Assembly: GCA_964016885.1 (NCBI GenBank)
Contig: OZ024742.1
Coordinates: 201,810,001-201,874,000 of the forward strand
Origin: Eledone cirrhosa
Lineage: Eukaryota
Reading direction: 5' to 3'
Length of the DNA stretch: 64,000 bases
The notes under the pieces: model-generated
What the model was told of the DNA's origin: nothing
The model's database searches: none
The model's input: the letters and a program-made list of their open reading frames with translations, nothing else
Program-made: the position numbers and the translations under genes
Part shown: piece after piece, positions 27,872 through 41,995 of the stretch
Layout: each line of letters starts with the position of its first letter
Position numbering within the stretch: position 1 is the first letter of the stretch

Positions 27872-28648
27872 CCTAGAAATTGATTAACATATAAATAAAC
27901 ATGAATAATCACAGGAGATAATTGTTACAAGTGTGTAAGCACACATAGCTAGGTAGGTAACTAAATAAAGTTAACCAGAACTTCAAAAATAGATACCTTA
28001 TAATATGATTAATCTTCTCTGTATATATTCCATTAAAGAAATATATTTCACCAATTAATTGAATGGTAAACCATAAAGTCGGTACTTGGATTTTCAACAA
28101 GGAAGAAGTCCAGCGATCTATGTTTACACTTCAAGTTCAAATCAGCGACTGGCCAGCAACACGTGCTGTATCTACTAGAAATACACACATCATACCAGCT
28201 TCGTCACGGTGGCGTGAATAGGGTTATCGACAACTAGAAACAGCAGTCAAATCCTTTCAACAGAGTTAGCTCTACAATTACGGAGCCGGATTTATATATC
28301 AATATCCAAAATTAAGATAATCAAAATTATGGGTGTCATACCAGAAAGACATGCGCCATATCACCTGCAAAATAAGCTCTAAGATTCTAACGAATAGGTC
28401 CGAGCATTTTATAATAACTAGAAATTGATTAACATATAAATAAACATGAATAATCACAGGAGATAATGTTTACAAGTGTGTAAGCACACATAGCTTGGTA
28501 GGTAACTAAATAAGTTAACCAGAACTTCAAAAATAGATACCTTATAATATGATTAATCTTCCCTGTATATATTTCATTAAAGAAATATATTTCACCAATT
28601 AATCGAATGGTAAACCATAGAGGCCGGTACTTGGATTTTCAACAAGGA
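27872..28648 (+). repeat. ~230-bp direct repeat (27872-28104 and 28418-28648), period ~545 bp
   Basis: ctagaaattgattaacatataaataaacatg...ggattttcaacaaggaa occurs twice; its last ~70 bp recur at 45454-45524. Confidence 0.85.
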
Positions 28649-28656
28649 AAACACAC

Positions 28657-28866
28657 AAGGTTAAAAGACACTTGTGAATAGTGCAGTTTTAAATCAACAT
28701 ATGATGATATGTTGATTTAAAAGTGCACTATTCACAAGTGTGTTTTAACCTTCATATCATGTCTCCCTATTTTATCTGACGAAAACGCAAATGTTATTGC
28801 ATGATGATATTTGTTTTTGAAATGCGGATAATAAAATACATGGAACTCTTTTAACCATCTTTTGAT

Positions 28867-28872
<6 letters not shown>
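28657..28872 (+). mobile_element. 20632-family copy: short built-in hairpin + HHR arm (HHR 28768-28838)
   Basis: tattttat CTGACGA..GAAA tgcgga TA ataaaata; ends in (TA)n. Confidence 0.85.
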
Positions 28873-28918
<46 letters not shown>

Positions 28919-28919
<1 letters not shown>

Positions 28920-29215
28920 AAATCGAAAATGGAACTGGAGTCTTATTTAAAAAAAAAATATATATATTTATTTGGTTCCTTTACCAGTTTCGCAGTTCTT
29001 CTGCTTTTCAAAAGGTGAGTTGAGATGGAGGGTCTGTGCTCAACTCACCTTTTGAAAAGCAGAAGAACTGCGAAACCGGTAAAGGAACCAAATAAATATT
29101 TATATTTAAAAAAAAAATAAGACTCCAGTTGCATTTTCGATTTCATCTCTTTTTCTTTATACTTTCACTCGTGTAGGACACCTCGGTTATTTTTCATTTT
29201 GTAAAAAAAAGTCAC

Positions 29216-29220
<5 letters not shown>
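28919..29220 (+). mobile_element. Fold-back micro-element with HHR, arms 28919-29024 / 29039-29144, right tail
   Basis: ~105-bp inverted arms; (TA)n flanks. Confidence 0.85.
29048..29085 (+). ncRNA. Minimal hammerhead motif with U3-A8 core variant
   Basis: cctt TTGAAAA gcag-aagaa-ctgc GAAA ccgg TA aagg. Confidence 0.75.
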
Positions 29221-29270
<50 letters not shown>

Positions 29271-29302
29271 CATAATTACAGACATACATATATACGTACA
29301 TG

Positions 29303-29433
<131 letters not shown>

Positions 29434-29619
29434 TGAATGCAAATAAAGATGAGAAAACTCATCGCTAGAACAGCCGTTAAAACTGTCGAAGACCAACATG
29501 GCCAAAAATGCCTGGGAGGAAAAAAAGAACAGCGGGGCGAGTGGTCAATAGAGAGACAATCTACGAGGTATTGTTTAAATAAATGTATATATGTGTGTGT
29601 GTGTGTGTGCGTGCGTTTA

Positions 29620-29812
29620 TAAATCAGGATGGATTCAGTTTCGAACTGGTTAGACCATTACTCAACAGAGTACTCGATACTTGTTAATAACCATACGAGT
29701 GTGGTTATACTATAAAAAGTCGGGACCCGACGGCTAAGCTCTTGCGTTTCAAACTGGAACTATTTGTCGAAATGGCAAGAGCTCAGCTGCCGGGTTCCGA
29801 TTCTTTGTAATA
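29620..29812 (-). mobile_element. Older fold-back micro-element (arms ~29711-29752 / 29766-29809, left tail), distantly like 9118/18613
   Basis: Imperfect hairpin with GAAA..gagct motif; gagtactcgatactt in the tail resembles aagtactcaatactt near 9165. Confidence 0.55.
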
Positions 29813-30038
29813 TAAATAAATAAATAAATAAATAAATATATATATATATATGCGTTCATGATTTCCTACCTACATATATTCAATCTCACACATACATATA
29901 ATTGTACGCAAAAATGCATGCACCCTAAGAGATATACATATATATACATACAAACACATACATACATAAATACATACGTACATATATAGATACATAGATA
30001 TATACATACATACATACATACATACATACATACATACA

Positions 30039-30069
<31 letters not shown>

Positions 30070-30718
30070 CTGACATTCTTTCTAAATCGGACATATTTTT
30101 TCATGGCTGTTTATCTTTTAGCATATTTTGCACACAAGTTCTTTTTCAAACTTTTTGTTTTTCATTGTATATACTTTTTAAACAATTCTTTACAATTTCA
30201 TTTTATTTTATATTGACTTTTATTTCAATTCAACAAATTTTTCCGGTTAATATCGATAAATGTAAACTGTGAGAGAAGCCAAAACAAGAACGTTATTCTT
30301 ACGACAATCAATTCTAAATTTATACTATGTCACACTAGATTCCAAATTACATGGTATGCAATGCCAATTCCAGATGAAAGAATCTCGAAACGGTTTGCTG
30401 TGTAATATTGGTCTATATGTCATCGATTCTTGTCGATCTTTCTAGAATCCGAATATATTACATATTATCGAAAATATCCAGCTTATATAACTTTCACGTA
30501 TAACTTTCATGTCCACCTTAGGTTGTAGATGTGGGTTTCTTTTCTTCTCTATCATGTACATAATATTTATATCTTAAACACGGCTCTACATGTATTAGTA
30601 TTAATATTAGTAGCAACAGTAGCAGAATTTAGTAATTTCTTACTTCACACCACTTTCTCTATTACATATTCCTCAGATGCTCTATTGTGTGTGATGTAGT
30701 GAAGTAACCAAAACCAGT

Positions 30719-30860
<142 letters not shown>

Positions 30861-31700
30861 CACATATATATATATATATTATTCAGTGTTTGTGTGTGTA
30901 TAACATATTTATGAATGCCTGTTTTGTAAGATTGATGTTGTTGTTAGAGGCAATGGTGGCGTTTAACTGGCTGGTGCCTGTATACATTACCAAACTGCTT
31001 CATAGAAATATGAAGACATCTCGTATTTATTCATAAACTCTCGTTAAGGATCATAATCCAACGAAGGGTAGGTGAATATCGAATAAAACTTCAAATAGTC
31101 TGATGATCGATTAGGATTGGAATTTAGGCTGAATAGAATAATATTGGAATATGCTTCCAATATCTATCGGTTTCGACGATAATCGTTCAAGCTTGCAGGT
31201 TTCCCCTTGACGTAATTATCAGGGTGATTCAAGGTAACACAGTGTGTGACAAAGCAGGACGTTTGGATCAAAAGTAGAACTCATTTTTTTTCCATCTGAG
31301 AGGACAGAGGCAGCACGAAATATAGTGTCTTGCTCAAGAACAAAACGTGCTATAAAGCACTCCACTACACAGTCAGGACCCGTATCACCAAGAAAGCGAT
31401 ATTTGAGTACTCTTCATTCATGTAGCCATTAGCTAAACTGTTTATAAGAAGTGTATATATAAATAGTTTATCAAACTGAAAATTATCACTTTTGTTGCTT
31501 TACGAATCTGAGTCAAACACCCTAGCCACTAAGCCATGCGCTTTCACACCCACGCATGCAGATACACACACACACACCTCACACACACACTATATATATA
31601 TATATATATAAGTATATATATATCTATAGAAAGAGAGAGAGAGAGAGAGAGAGATAGATAGATAGAAAAAGATACATAGAGGGATAGAAATATATATATA

Positions 31701-32374
31701 CTAGCAGAATGGCCCGGCGTTGCTCGGGATTTGCTCTAGGGTTCTTATATATTTAATATATATTTATCCTTACATTGCCTCGTGAAATAAATACATTTGT
31801 TTATATTTTGTTATTGTGTATGCAAAAATATTTGTACACGAATATATAATTATATATATATATATACAGTATATATATATATATACAGTATATATATTAA
31901 AATAACAGATTAAAGTTTAAGCAAAGAATCGCTGCTTTCACCCTTAACGGGATCTTCTGAAACTAAAATAAAAAAATCAATCTGTGAACGCAAAAGTAAA
32001 TATTTCGAAAAACTTTACACACTATATATATATATACATACACTACATATATACATACACACACACACACACACACAGCTACGTCATAATGTCGTAATGC
32101 AGATAGCCAGGCATACAGACAGATATTATAAGGGCGTAACGTTATATCTATGTATCTATCTAAAAAGAGAAAGACTAATATAGAGAGAAATAGATCGCTA
32201 AATCGCCTAATGCGGTCCCTAGGGCATTGAAAATTAGAAAATTGCTCAAAACACTCACAGGACCATAAGTATTGCATGTGTAAAATTTGAAAACAATCGG
32301 ATGGGTGGTTCTCGAGTTTTAGTGAATGGACAGACAGACAGACAGACAGACATTCTCTGTTTTAGATATATAGA
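31701..32374 (-). mobile_element. Non-autonomous Helitron
   Basis: Minus strand reads A|TCTATATATCT..(CTGT)n ... cccgagcaacgccggg hairpin, ~8 nt, CTAG|T; AT target site. Confidence 0.85.
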
Positions 32375-32706
32375 TATACCGAGAGAGAGAGAGAGGGAGA
32401 GAGAGAGAGGAGAGAGGAGAGAGAGAGATGTGGTACCGAGTATATATCATTTCCCGCCATCAAGCCATAACTCACGTCGTTCATATTGTTTTCATATTTT
32501 CACGAAGCTGTTTTAAGTAGCGTAGAACAATTTATAGCTAGAATGATAATAATTACTAGCTAGTTGACATAACGAACTCATTAATATGCACCATGGGGTA
32601 AAGCAATGTACGAAGGAAGTCTTGAAATGTTAGCTAACGAATACATAGATACTTATGCTGAGAGGAGCATACTAACACACAACCCCGCCCATCACTCTCA
32701 CACACA

Positions 32707-32809
<103 letters not shown>

Positions 32810-32941
32810 GTGTGTGTATATGTAAAAGTAAATGAGCTGGTGTTTTTCGGACGGAAAAATGTAATATTCTGTTTTTATGTTTCTTTTTCAAAATGTAAAG
32901 ATGCCATAATTTGAGATTATTTATACTTAAAAATATATATA

Positions 32942-33751
32942 CTAGCAGCTGAGCCCGGTTGCGCCCGGGGCCACTTTTTATTAAGTTAATAACTTGAAAA
33001 ATATTATTGAAAGTTTATTATAAAGAAGCAGTTTCATGAAAAAAAATAGAAATATGCACTTGGGGCTGGACGGCGTACAATGAGAAGTGGAGCGACGTGA
33101 AAAGCGTTGCTTGTTAACAGCGAAATAGCAATGTCGATGATATGCAATTTGAAAAATACTACTTACTGTTAGTGGTGGTTAACATGTATTAGAATTAAAA
33201 TAAAAACACGCGTCCCTTCTTCGCAATTTTAGGGTTTTATTTCTTTTGATGGAAAACAGTGACCGTACTGCAGAATCGATTTCATAAAACGGTACTGTAT
33301 GATCGTTAAATGTAGAAGGATGATAGTTTATTAACAGCGAAATAGCAATGTCGATGATATGCAAGTTTAAAAATGTATATTATGAAGGCTTGTATGATAG
33401 TTTACACTTTTTCCTGAAACTGCTTCTTTATAATAAACTTTCAATACATTTTTCAAATTATTGGTATTTTATGTTAACAGCGAAAGAACGTTGATGAGTT
33501 TAAAAATTTGTATGAAATTGTAAATAAGACAAAAGTATTAGAACAGGGGGAAATAACTCACCGAACGCGATAGTTTTGGGCCCCCAGGGATCACATTTTT
33601 AAAGTTAGAGATTTGAAACCTCATCTATTTGCTTCCTTGGCACTTTTTACATAGGTGTGTAAATTTTCATGTCAGTCCGACCACATCTACTACCATTTAA
33701 CCGTGCACATCTGAATTTCAACCACCACCCATTTCACAAATATATATTAGA
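32942..33751 (-). mobile_element. Non-autonomous Helitron with internal inverted and direct repeats
   Basis: Minus strand reads A|TCTAATATAT ... cccgggcgcaaccggg hairpin, CTAG|T. Internal inverted repeat ~32990-33045 / 33405-33460; 34-bp direct repeat at 33114 and 33331. Confidence 0.8.
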
Positions 33752-33756
33752 TATAC

Positions 33757-33798
<42 letters not shown>

Positions 33799-33819
33799 AT
33801 ACACTTACATGCCCACACA

Positions 33820-34045
33820 CACACGATCCCTGGGCTGGGTCGCGCATTGTTTTCTTGAACAAAACACTTCATTTTACGTTGCTTCAGTATACTCAACTGA
33901 AAATGAGTTCCAGCAATAGCTGGGGTCTAACCTTGCGATGGCCTGGCCTCCTGTCCAGGGAGTAGTGTTGTACTCTCAATCGGTTCAGGCCACGAAACCG
34001 GACACCGGCCTAACGAGCCTCTGGCTTAATATAGACTTAAGGCTT
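33820..34045 (+). mobile_element. SINE remnant (CORE/V/Meta-like body)
   Basis: B-box remnant cgatccc, cttgaacaaaacactt..actcaactgaaaatgagt, accttgcgatgg..cctgtccaggg; family assignment from memory. Confidence 0.5.
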
Positions 34046-34059
34046 ATATATATATATAT

Positions 34060-34241
34060 AATTGTTTCTACTTTTTGGCACAAGGCCAGCAATTACCCAG
34101 TACATTACTGGTAATTTATTTTATCGACCCCATAAGGATGAAAGGCAAAGTTAACCTCGGCGGGATTTGAACTCAGAATGGCAAGGGCCGTAACTCTATG
34201 CGTCAAAGCATGGCGTCCGACCCTCTACGGATACTGCCAAT
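34060..34241 (-). mobile_element. tRNA-derived SINE, full copy
   Basis: Reverse complement of the 5021/53067 family. Confidence 0.85.
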
Positions 34242-34535
34242 ATATATAATTTAATATATATAGGTGAGTATGTGTGTTTTCTAGCTGTGAAGCCACACAA
34301 ATGGCTCCTGTACACAATCGTCCAGTGTCTGAGCATTGCTAACCTGTATATAGGAACATTAAATATTATATATACCCTTTAATTTAATCGTGTCATTCTT
34401 CATTGAACCCGCGCGGGGTAATAAATTAATCCTGCACACATGCTTAGATCTATCAACAAGGTAAATATTCGTATTTACAGACAAACTGTCGCTAGAAATA
34501 GCAGTCAATACAAATATATGTCTACTGCTTGTAAC

Positions 34536-34709
34536 CATACCTGTCAACTCTCACCGTCTGACGCACTCACCGTCTCCCACCCACTTTAGCGTGTGTGAAA
34601 GATGTCTTCTCTTCTGAAAATGGGTACAGCTTTCATTATGTAAAATCTCTCCATTTTGCTTCATTTCTCACCGTTTTGGGATCATGGTACTCCCCATCTG
34701 CAGGTCTGT
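34536..34709. mobile_element. Possible hAT-type MITE
   Basis: Imperfect termini catacctgtcaac / ctgcaggtctg; repeated ctcaccgt motifs. Confidence 0.35.
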
Positions 34710-36991
34710 GAAAAATATCAAAGGATGTATAAGTTATACTAACTAATGTATCAATATTAAATATTTCTATTTTATAGTTTAAAAATACCATCGTTAAAGA
34801 TGTATGGATATAAGTAGAAGGAAAAATAATTATGAGTCAACCACTTGAAAAGAATGTAACTGGTTTAGCCGGAAACTGATACAGTAAATTTCTCTTTAGT
34901 AAGCCCCTAATAAAAATTAAGGTCGAAAACATAACAGTAAAATTACTCTTTGATAATTAATAGAATAATCGAGTCAGGTATCCAAGGATAAAAGTATTAT
35001 AGGCAAATCCATGTAAAATATTAAATCACGTAAACCAGTAAGAAAAATGAAACATAAATATTTTCAATATCCCTTTAAAAATCGAATAAAAAATTGCATT
35101 GCTCAGCTGCTTATCTGCGTTTTTCAATTTCTAAGAACTGGAATCTCTAATATATATTCATTTATCTATATATTTATATATATATTAAATATATATATAT
35201 ATTTTTTTTTTAGAGAGAGAAGAGATAGGGAGGTAAAGAGAAGGAGATAGTGTGAGAGAGATTGAGAGAAAGAGAGAAGAGATAAGTGATTCACTATATA
35301 AAAGTATTAACAAACAACATCGTTTATAATTCTTTTAGTATTCTTCGGGAAGTGTAAGAGTTAAGGATAGTTCTTAGTTATATGGGTTTGTATTCAGGAA
35401 AGCTTTGACTACAGAGGAACTGTTATCAGCTGTGGTGGAGTCTCGGTTGACTGATTGCTAAGTCATCTAATCAAATGATTGCATGAAGTAACACATTTCA
35501 TTGAGTAAACAGGAAATAAAATCGCAACTTACCATGTAAATGTTTTATAGTGGCGGCCGACCGATACTTGAATGTGCTACTGCCATCGTTGGCCCTACAA
35601 ATACGTTAAAACTACCAGTGAACCTCGTAGCCCACCTTCATCTGGATACCACTCTTCATCTTGGTTGATGTACATAGGGATGCGGTTCAAAAGCCCAAGA
35701 TGTATGTTTTTACCGCTATGTGTTCGATAAGAAGCCTATTACAAAGTATCCGCTACTTAGACACTAAACCAAGTGTAGAGCATCCAGTAGTATTATCCTG
35801 ACAATAAAAAAAAACGAAAAAAAGAAGAAAGAGAGAGAAAGAAGAAAGCTGTAGAAATGAGGAAGAGGCAAAATCTGCGCGTTTGATTAGACAGTACATC
35901 TCAGCTAAGTCGATCGGCCAAGATGCTAGGAGTAATGCCACAGAGAACAGATATCAATACCTGCTGCATCAAACATTCAAACCCCCTAGCTCCGTCCTCA
36001 GCCGTGGCCCACGCGTGTCAATTATGCGGTTGAAAAACAGCAGTTAGGAGAGAAGCCACCGGAGGTCATGATGGCTACTGGCAAAAACACACAGCAAAAT
36101 AAAAATTAAAACAAGCAAACATATTCGTTAATCAGTGTCTTATGTGGTCATTTTACCACTTTTACAGCAGTCCGAAGACCGAGGATACCGACTGGCACGA
36201 AAACGAATCCTTCACACAATGCTGATGCCTGGTATTTAGTCATCGCCCTCTTCTCTGCATTGGTTCTTGAGAAAAATCACGGCCCGTCAGTACCAACGAA
36301 TCTGTGTACATAAATGGGAATTCTAGCCCAGCATGAAGTCCCTACCCGCTAAATGCTTCTCACACATCAGCTCATACGTTACTACTGAAACGTGGAATTT
36401 GTTGAGCAATTGAGAGCACCTGACTGAGAGCTAGTACTTGAGAGCAGCGAGGAGTTTCACTTAACTTGCTTTGATGAACACAGCATAACAAACCTGCTCC
36501 TTAACATTCTTTCTTTCTTATATATTCTTGGCATTGTCAGAAGAAGCGCTTCTTCTTCTTCTTCTTTTTCTTCTTCTTCTTCTTCTTCTTCTTGCACTCA
36601 AACACACACGCACATATACATACACACATACACACACTCATTTATAAACAGGACCATTCATTAATTGGCATATATACAAGTGTGTGTGTGTGTATAAACA
36701 CAGTATAAAGAGTAATTTTAATATCCCAATTAATGAACGGCGATGTTTTTCATATTATGACTGTTATTTATATAATTTCAGTATTATTTTTAAACAGATG
36801 CTAACCGTTCTATGATTGTTTGTATACACCCACATACACGCACATACACGCGCATACAGAAACACAAACACATATGATCATATACACATATGTATTTATG
36901 TACTTACGTACGTATGTATGTATGTACGTACGTACGTATGTATGTATGTATGTATGTATGTATGTATGTATGTATGTATGTATGTATGTAT

Positions 36992-37310
36992 GTATGGTCA
37001 TGAATCTCGGGTACTGACTGGTAGAATACTATACCGAATACAAGCGCCCGAAATGGGTGCCCCGGAGGGTCTTTGGAGTAACTATATTCAATAGAGTGAG
37101 TCGATCCGAGATGAGAGTGTCACTCCAATTTGAGCCGCTACTTCTCCGAATTGAGAGATCAAGGCTCCGATATTGCGGGTATTTGGTTAGAATGTTTCAG
37201 AAAAGAATCGTTGGACATAATTTACCGGCAACCCATACTTTACAGGAGACCCAGGGGTAGAGCCCGAGCAAAAATAGCTGTATAACATATATGATCTTGA
37301 CTGGAAACAG
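36992..37310 (+). mobile_element. RTE-type LINE 3' coding remnant
   Basis: YGHESRVLT..RIQAPEM..RRVFGVTIFNRVSRSEMRVSL..EPLLLRIERSRLRYCGYLVRM. Confidence 0.75.
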
Positions 37311-37648
37311 TACACTTGAAATAAACGTTAAATTTTTGGGCATACCACAGACTCGTGTGGACTTAATCTAATTCTCGGATAAACACAGCGTCACAAGCAT
37401 GCTTGACCAGGCTGCCCTTTTGAATTACTAGCTAAGTGGATTAGAGTAAATGGAATTAAGCAGGTTATCTCAAGTGATGGTTTTTGCAGTATTGAACTCG
37501 TGAATTTATTTATGATCCCGGCCCTCGCAACCTAACTCCAAAGCCATATGCTATCACGTAGTTATATAATGACCAAGCTATGCTATTATGCATATACATT
37601 CCTGTGATGTACACACACAAAGACATGTAGTATATATAAGTATATATG

Positions 37649-38639
<991 letters not shown>

Positions 38640-38645
<6 letters not shown>

Positions 38646-39060
38646 CAAATAGTAAAAACAATGAATACGAGTAATTCATAGTAAAATACAAAATACGGGT
38701 AATTCATAGTAAAACTCATTATATTACGATCGTTTCTAGGGGGTAGTTCTCCGTATGTTCATTCTATTAGTGAACTAGGCAAGATATATATTTTCCTGAT
38801 AATTTGTAATATAGATCGCTAATAGAATGAACATACGGAGAACTACCCTCTAGAAACGATCGTAAAATAATGAGTTTTAATATGAATTACCCGTATTTTG
38901 TTTAATTTCATTGTTTCCACTATTTGTATTATTTTGACTCTACTCCCAATGAATTATATCGTTGAAATTTTGTATTTTAAACTTTGCTTCACGACATCTA
39001 CATACGGATTACATTGAGTTCTTCATACGGCTTGGACCCTACCATTGTTTGGTGGATTTA
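38640..39060 (+). mobile_element. Fold-back micro-element derived from a Naiad 3' end (arms ~38640-38771 / 38818-38931, tail to 39060)
   Basis: ctagaaacgatcgtaaa and ggattacattgagttcttcat..gaccc..gtggat are shared with 5839-6039 of the large Naiad. Confidence 0.8.
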
Positions 39061-39330
39061 TCTGTGTGTGTGTATATATATATATATATATACATATATA
39101 TATAAACACATACACACGCATGTATATACACAGACACCTGTATTGTTTAGAAAACAATGTTAATAAACCACTTAAGCGCTGCTTCCTGGCTAAATTTAGA
39201 GTCACTTCTATAACAACATACCTTAACCTACCAGAACGCACCTGAATATATCTTACAACTCTACGAAGTTATCTACCGCACATATTGAAGTGGATGAAAC
39301 ATTAGGTTGAATGTCTCAAAGTTATGGTTG

Positions 39331-39364
39331 ACTACTACTACTGCTACTACTGCTACTACTGTTG

Positions 39365-39417
<53 letters not shown>

Positions 39418-39427
39418 GTTGCTGCTG

Positions 39428-39481
<54 letters not shown>

Positions 39482-39532
39482 TTGCTACTACTACTACTAC
39501 TACTACTACTGCTACTACTGCTACTACTGTTG

Positions 39533-39591
<59 letters not shown>

Positions 39592-39598
39592 GTTGCTG

Positions 39599-39655
<57 letters not shown>

Positions 39656-39658
39656 TTG

Positions 39659-39705
<47 letters not shown>

Positions 39706-39740
39706 GCCGCTGCTGCTGTTGCTACTACTTCTGCTAATAA
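39331..39740. repeat. (CTA)n trinucleotide array with higher-order variant pattern
   Basis: ~135 CTA/CTG/TTG units; abuts the 3' end of the Tx1 copy. Confidence 0.95.
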
Positions 39741-39742
39741 TG

Positions 39743-41986
39743 ATTTCATTTATTGGCCACAAGGGCCGACATATAGGGGACAATACAACAGACTGGGACA
39801 GTGGGGTTTTACAGAAAAATCGAGTAAACAATATGAATAACAATAACAAAGTAACAATAACAAAGTAACAGTAAAGTAACAAGAAAATTACAAGAACAAA
39901 TTCCCCAATAGGGGGGGGGGGGGACCACCTAGGGTTCGCTCAGGTACCCCACCAGTCCTGAACGACCCGACGCTTCGAGAGCACCCTGGAAGGGCACCCC
40001 TCTCCTCTTCAAATTTACCTACCTACAGCCGCATGACCAGAGTAGGCCCACTCACACGGGCCATTCTCGCCACATTCACCCACCTTTCAGCAAATGTACT
40101 GGGGGGCAGCACTTCTCTCGCCACCCTCACCTTCCTTTCCAAGTGAAACTTGAAAAAGTTGATGAGGGATTGGCCGAAGAGAAAAGTGTCTGTCTTCTGT
40201 CCTTTCAACCTCGTCCACCATACAACCCCTTTCGCTACTGCCACCAGGCAGAGGAAAATTGACTGCCATTCCTGGTCAAAAGAAGGCGGCGGGTCGATCT
40301 GCACTATGGATTCGGCCGATAGTCGGATCCGTTCTACACGCGACAACAGCTGTTCAACATAACTCCACATGTCAGTAATGCACGGATACTGGACGAGTGC
40401 GTGCAGCACGGTTTCGTCGCTCTGCTCGCATCTCGGGCAGATCCGTCTGACAGCACTTCCGTGCCTGTAGAGTTTATCTCGAACCGGCAGTGCCCCCCGG
40501 TAGCACTGCCAAGCGAGGGATTTTTGGAAATTATCCATCGTCCCCGGCTCGAAAGTCCTCCGGTACAGACTGGTTAGTTCGACTTTGTTGACTCCCAGAG
40601 CCTCTCCGAGTGCGTCGTCGCACTTGACCACCACTAATCCTCTATAGAAGTCGAGAGTGGAAGTTCCACTGACCGCATTGTCCGCCTGGTAGAGGGCAGT
40701 GAGTGCCTGGCAACATTCCAGCTGCCAGTCACCCAGTCTCGGTCTCTTCTTGACCCAGGACTGCAGCTCAGTCAAAGAAACGTGCTGTGGAAAGGCCCAT
40801 CTGACAAACGGCGACCACACCTGTTCACCGTTTAGGCAGAATATCTGGAGATGCTGCAGCCTCATCGCGTGCCTGCGCATCATTAGCCACGGCATGCCCA
40901 GCCCTCCACGTAGAGGGTGCTGGCAGCAGATGGACTGCCTCACCAGCGGAACCTGACTCCTCCACAAGAATTTGAAGAGGAGCCGTTCCAAGATGGCGAG
41001 GCGCGAACGTGGGCATGGGACGACGGTCAGACGGTAGTAGATGACGGCGGACGCAATGTACGCGTTCGCCACCTCCGCCTGACCTTTCAGTGATAGCTTC
41101 CTCCCAGCCCATTTCTAGGTGAGACTGGCTACCTTTCCCGTCACCTCGTCAAATTCTTATCCACCTGGAGGTCTGGCCCGAACCAAACCCCGAGCAACTT
41201 TACCGGTCCGTCCGTCCAGCGCTTAACGACGCTATTGGACGGCATGGACTTGCCTCTCCAGGTGCCGAGTTGCAAGCCCACCGACTTTTCCGGGTTAAGT
41301 TTTGCTCCCGTCAACCTTTCTTATTCCTCCAATAAGTAGCCGACCACCTCGATTTCTGGGGTGTCCGACACCATCACGGTGATGTCGTCCGCATGAGCCG
41401 ACACAGCCTTTCCGCGTCCCGGTTCGAGCGGGATACCCTGCAACAGCTCCAGCTTCCGCAGTAAAGGCTCGAGAGTCAACAGTCAGAAGGGAGGAGACAG
41501 GGCACCCTTGACGGACCGATCGGGAGACCTGAAACGGTTAGGAGAGGTGGCCATTAATTTTGACCATCAAGCAGGTTCCACTGTGCATTGCAGCGATCCA
41601 GCTTCTGAAGACGGGGCCGAAACCAGCCACCTTGAGGACAGCCTCCAGTACCGATTGTCGACCCTATCGAATGCTTTCGATTGATCTAAATTGATCACAG
41701 CCCCACCGAAGCCAGGTTTACACCCTACCCTCTCTATGATGTATCGCATCAGGTGGAGGTTGTCTGGTTGGGATTGCGCAAGTTAGCGCCTCCCCAACGA
41801 AATCCCCGGCGACGAGCGCCAACATCTTCGCTAACACCCTGGCCAAAATCTTAAACTCTGTGTTGAGCAGAGTTATGGGCCTGAAATAGTCTAATGCGTC
41901 CCTCTTGTTCTCGTCTTTCCTTATCAGCGTCACCGCACCCCGGCTGGCAGAATTGGGAATGCTCCCGTTCTGCTGCCAGTTGCACT
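39743..41986 (-). mobile_element. 5'-truncated Tx1/L1-clade element (RT to 3' end), degenerate
   Basis: FRPITLLNTEFKILARVLA, LDQSKAFDRVD, AHADDI, CPRC..ETVLHALVQ. The 3' terminus tttattggccacaag resembles 21194. Confidence 0.9.
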
Positions 41987-41995
41987 ATTGCTAAT

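Noticed and set aside
39273-39882. Poly-T/L/Y/V/S ORFs of 137-186 aa
   Set aside because: All five arise from one (CTA)n array.
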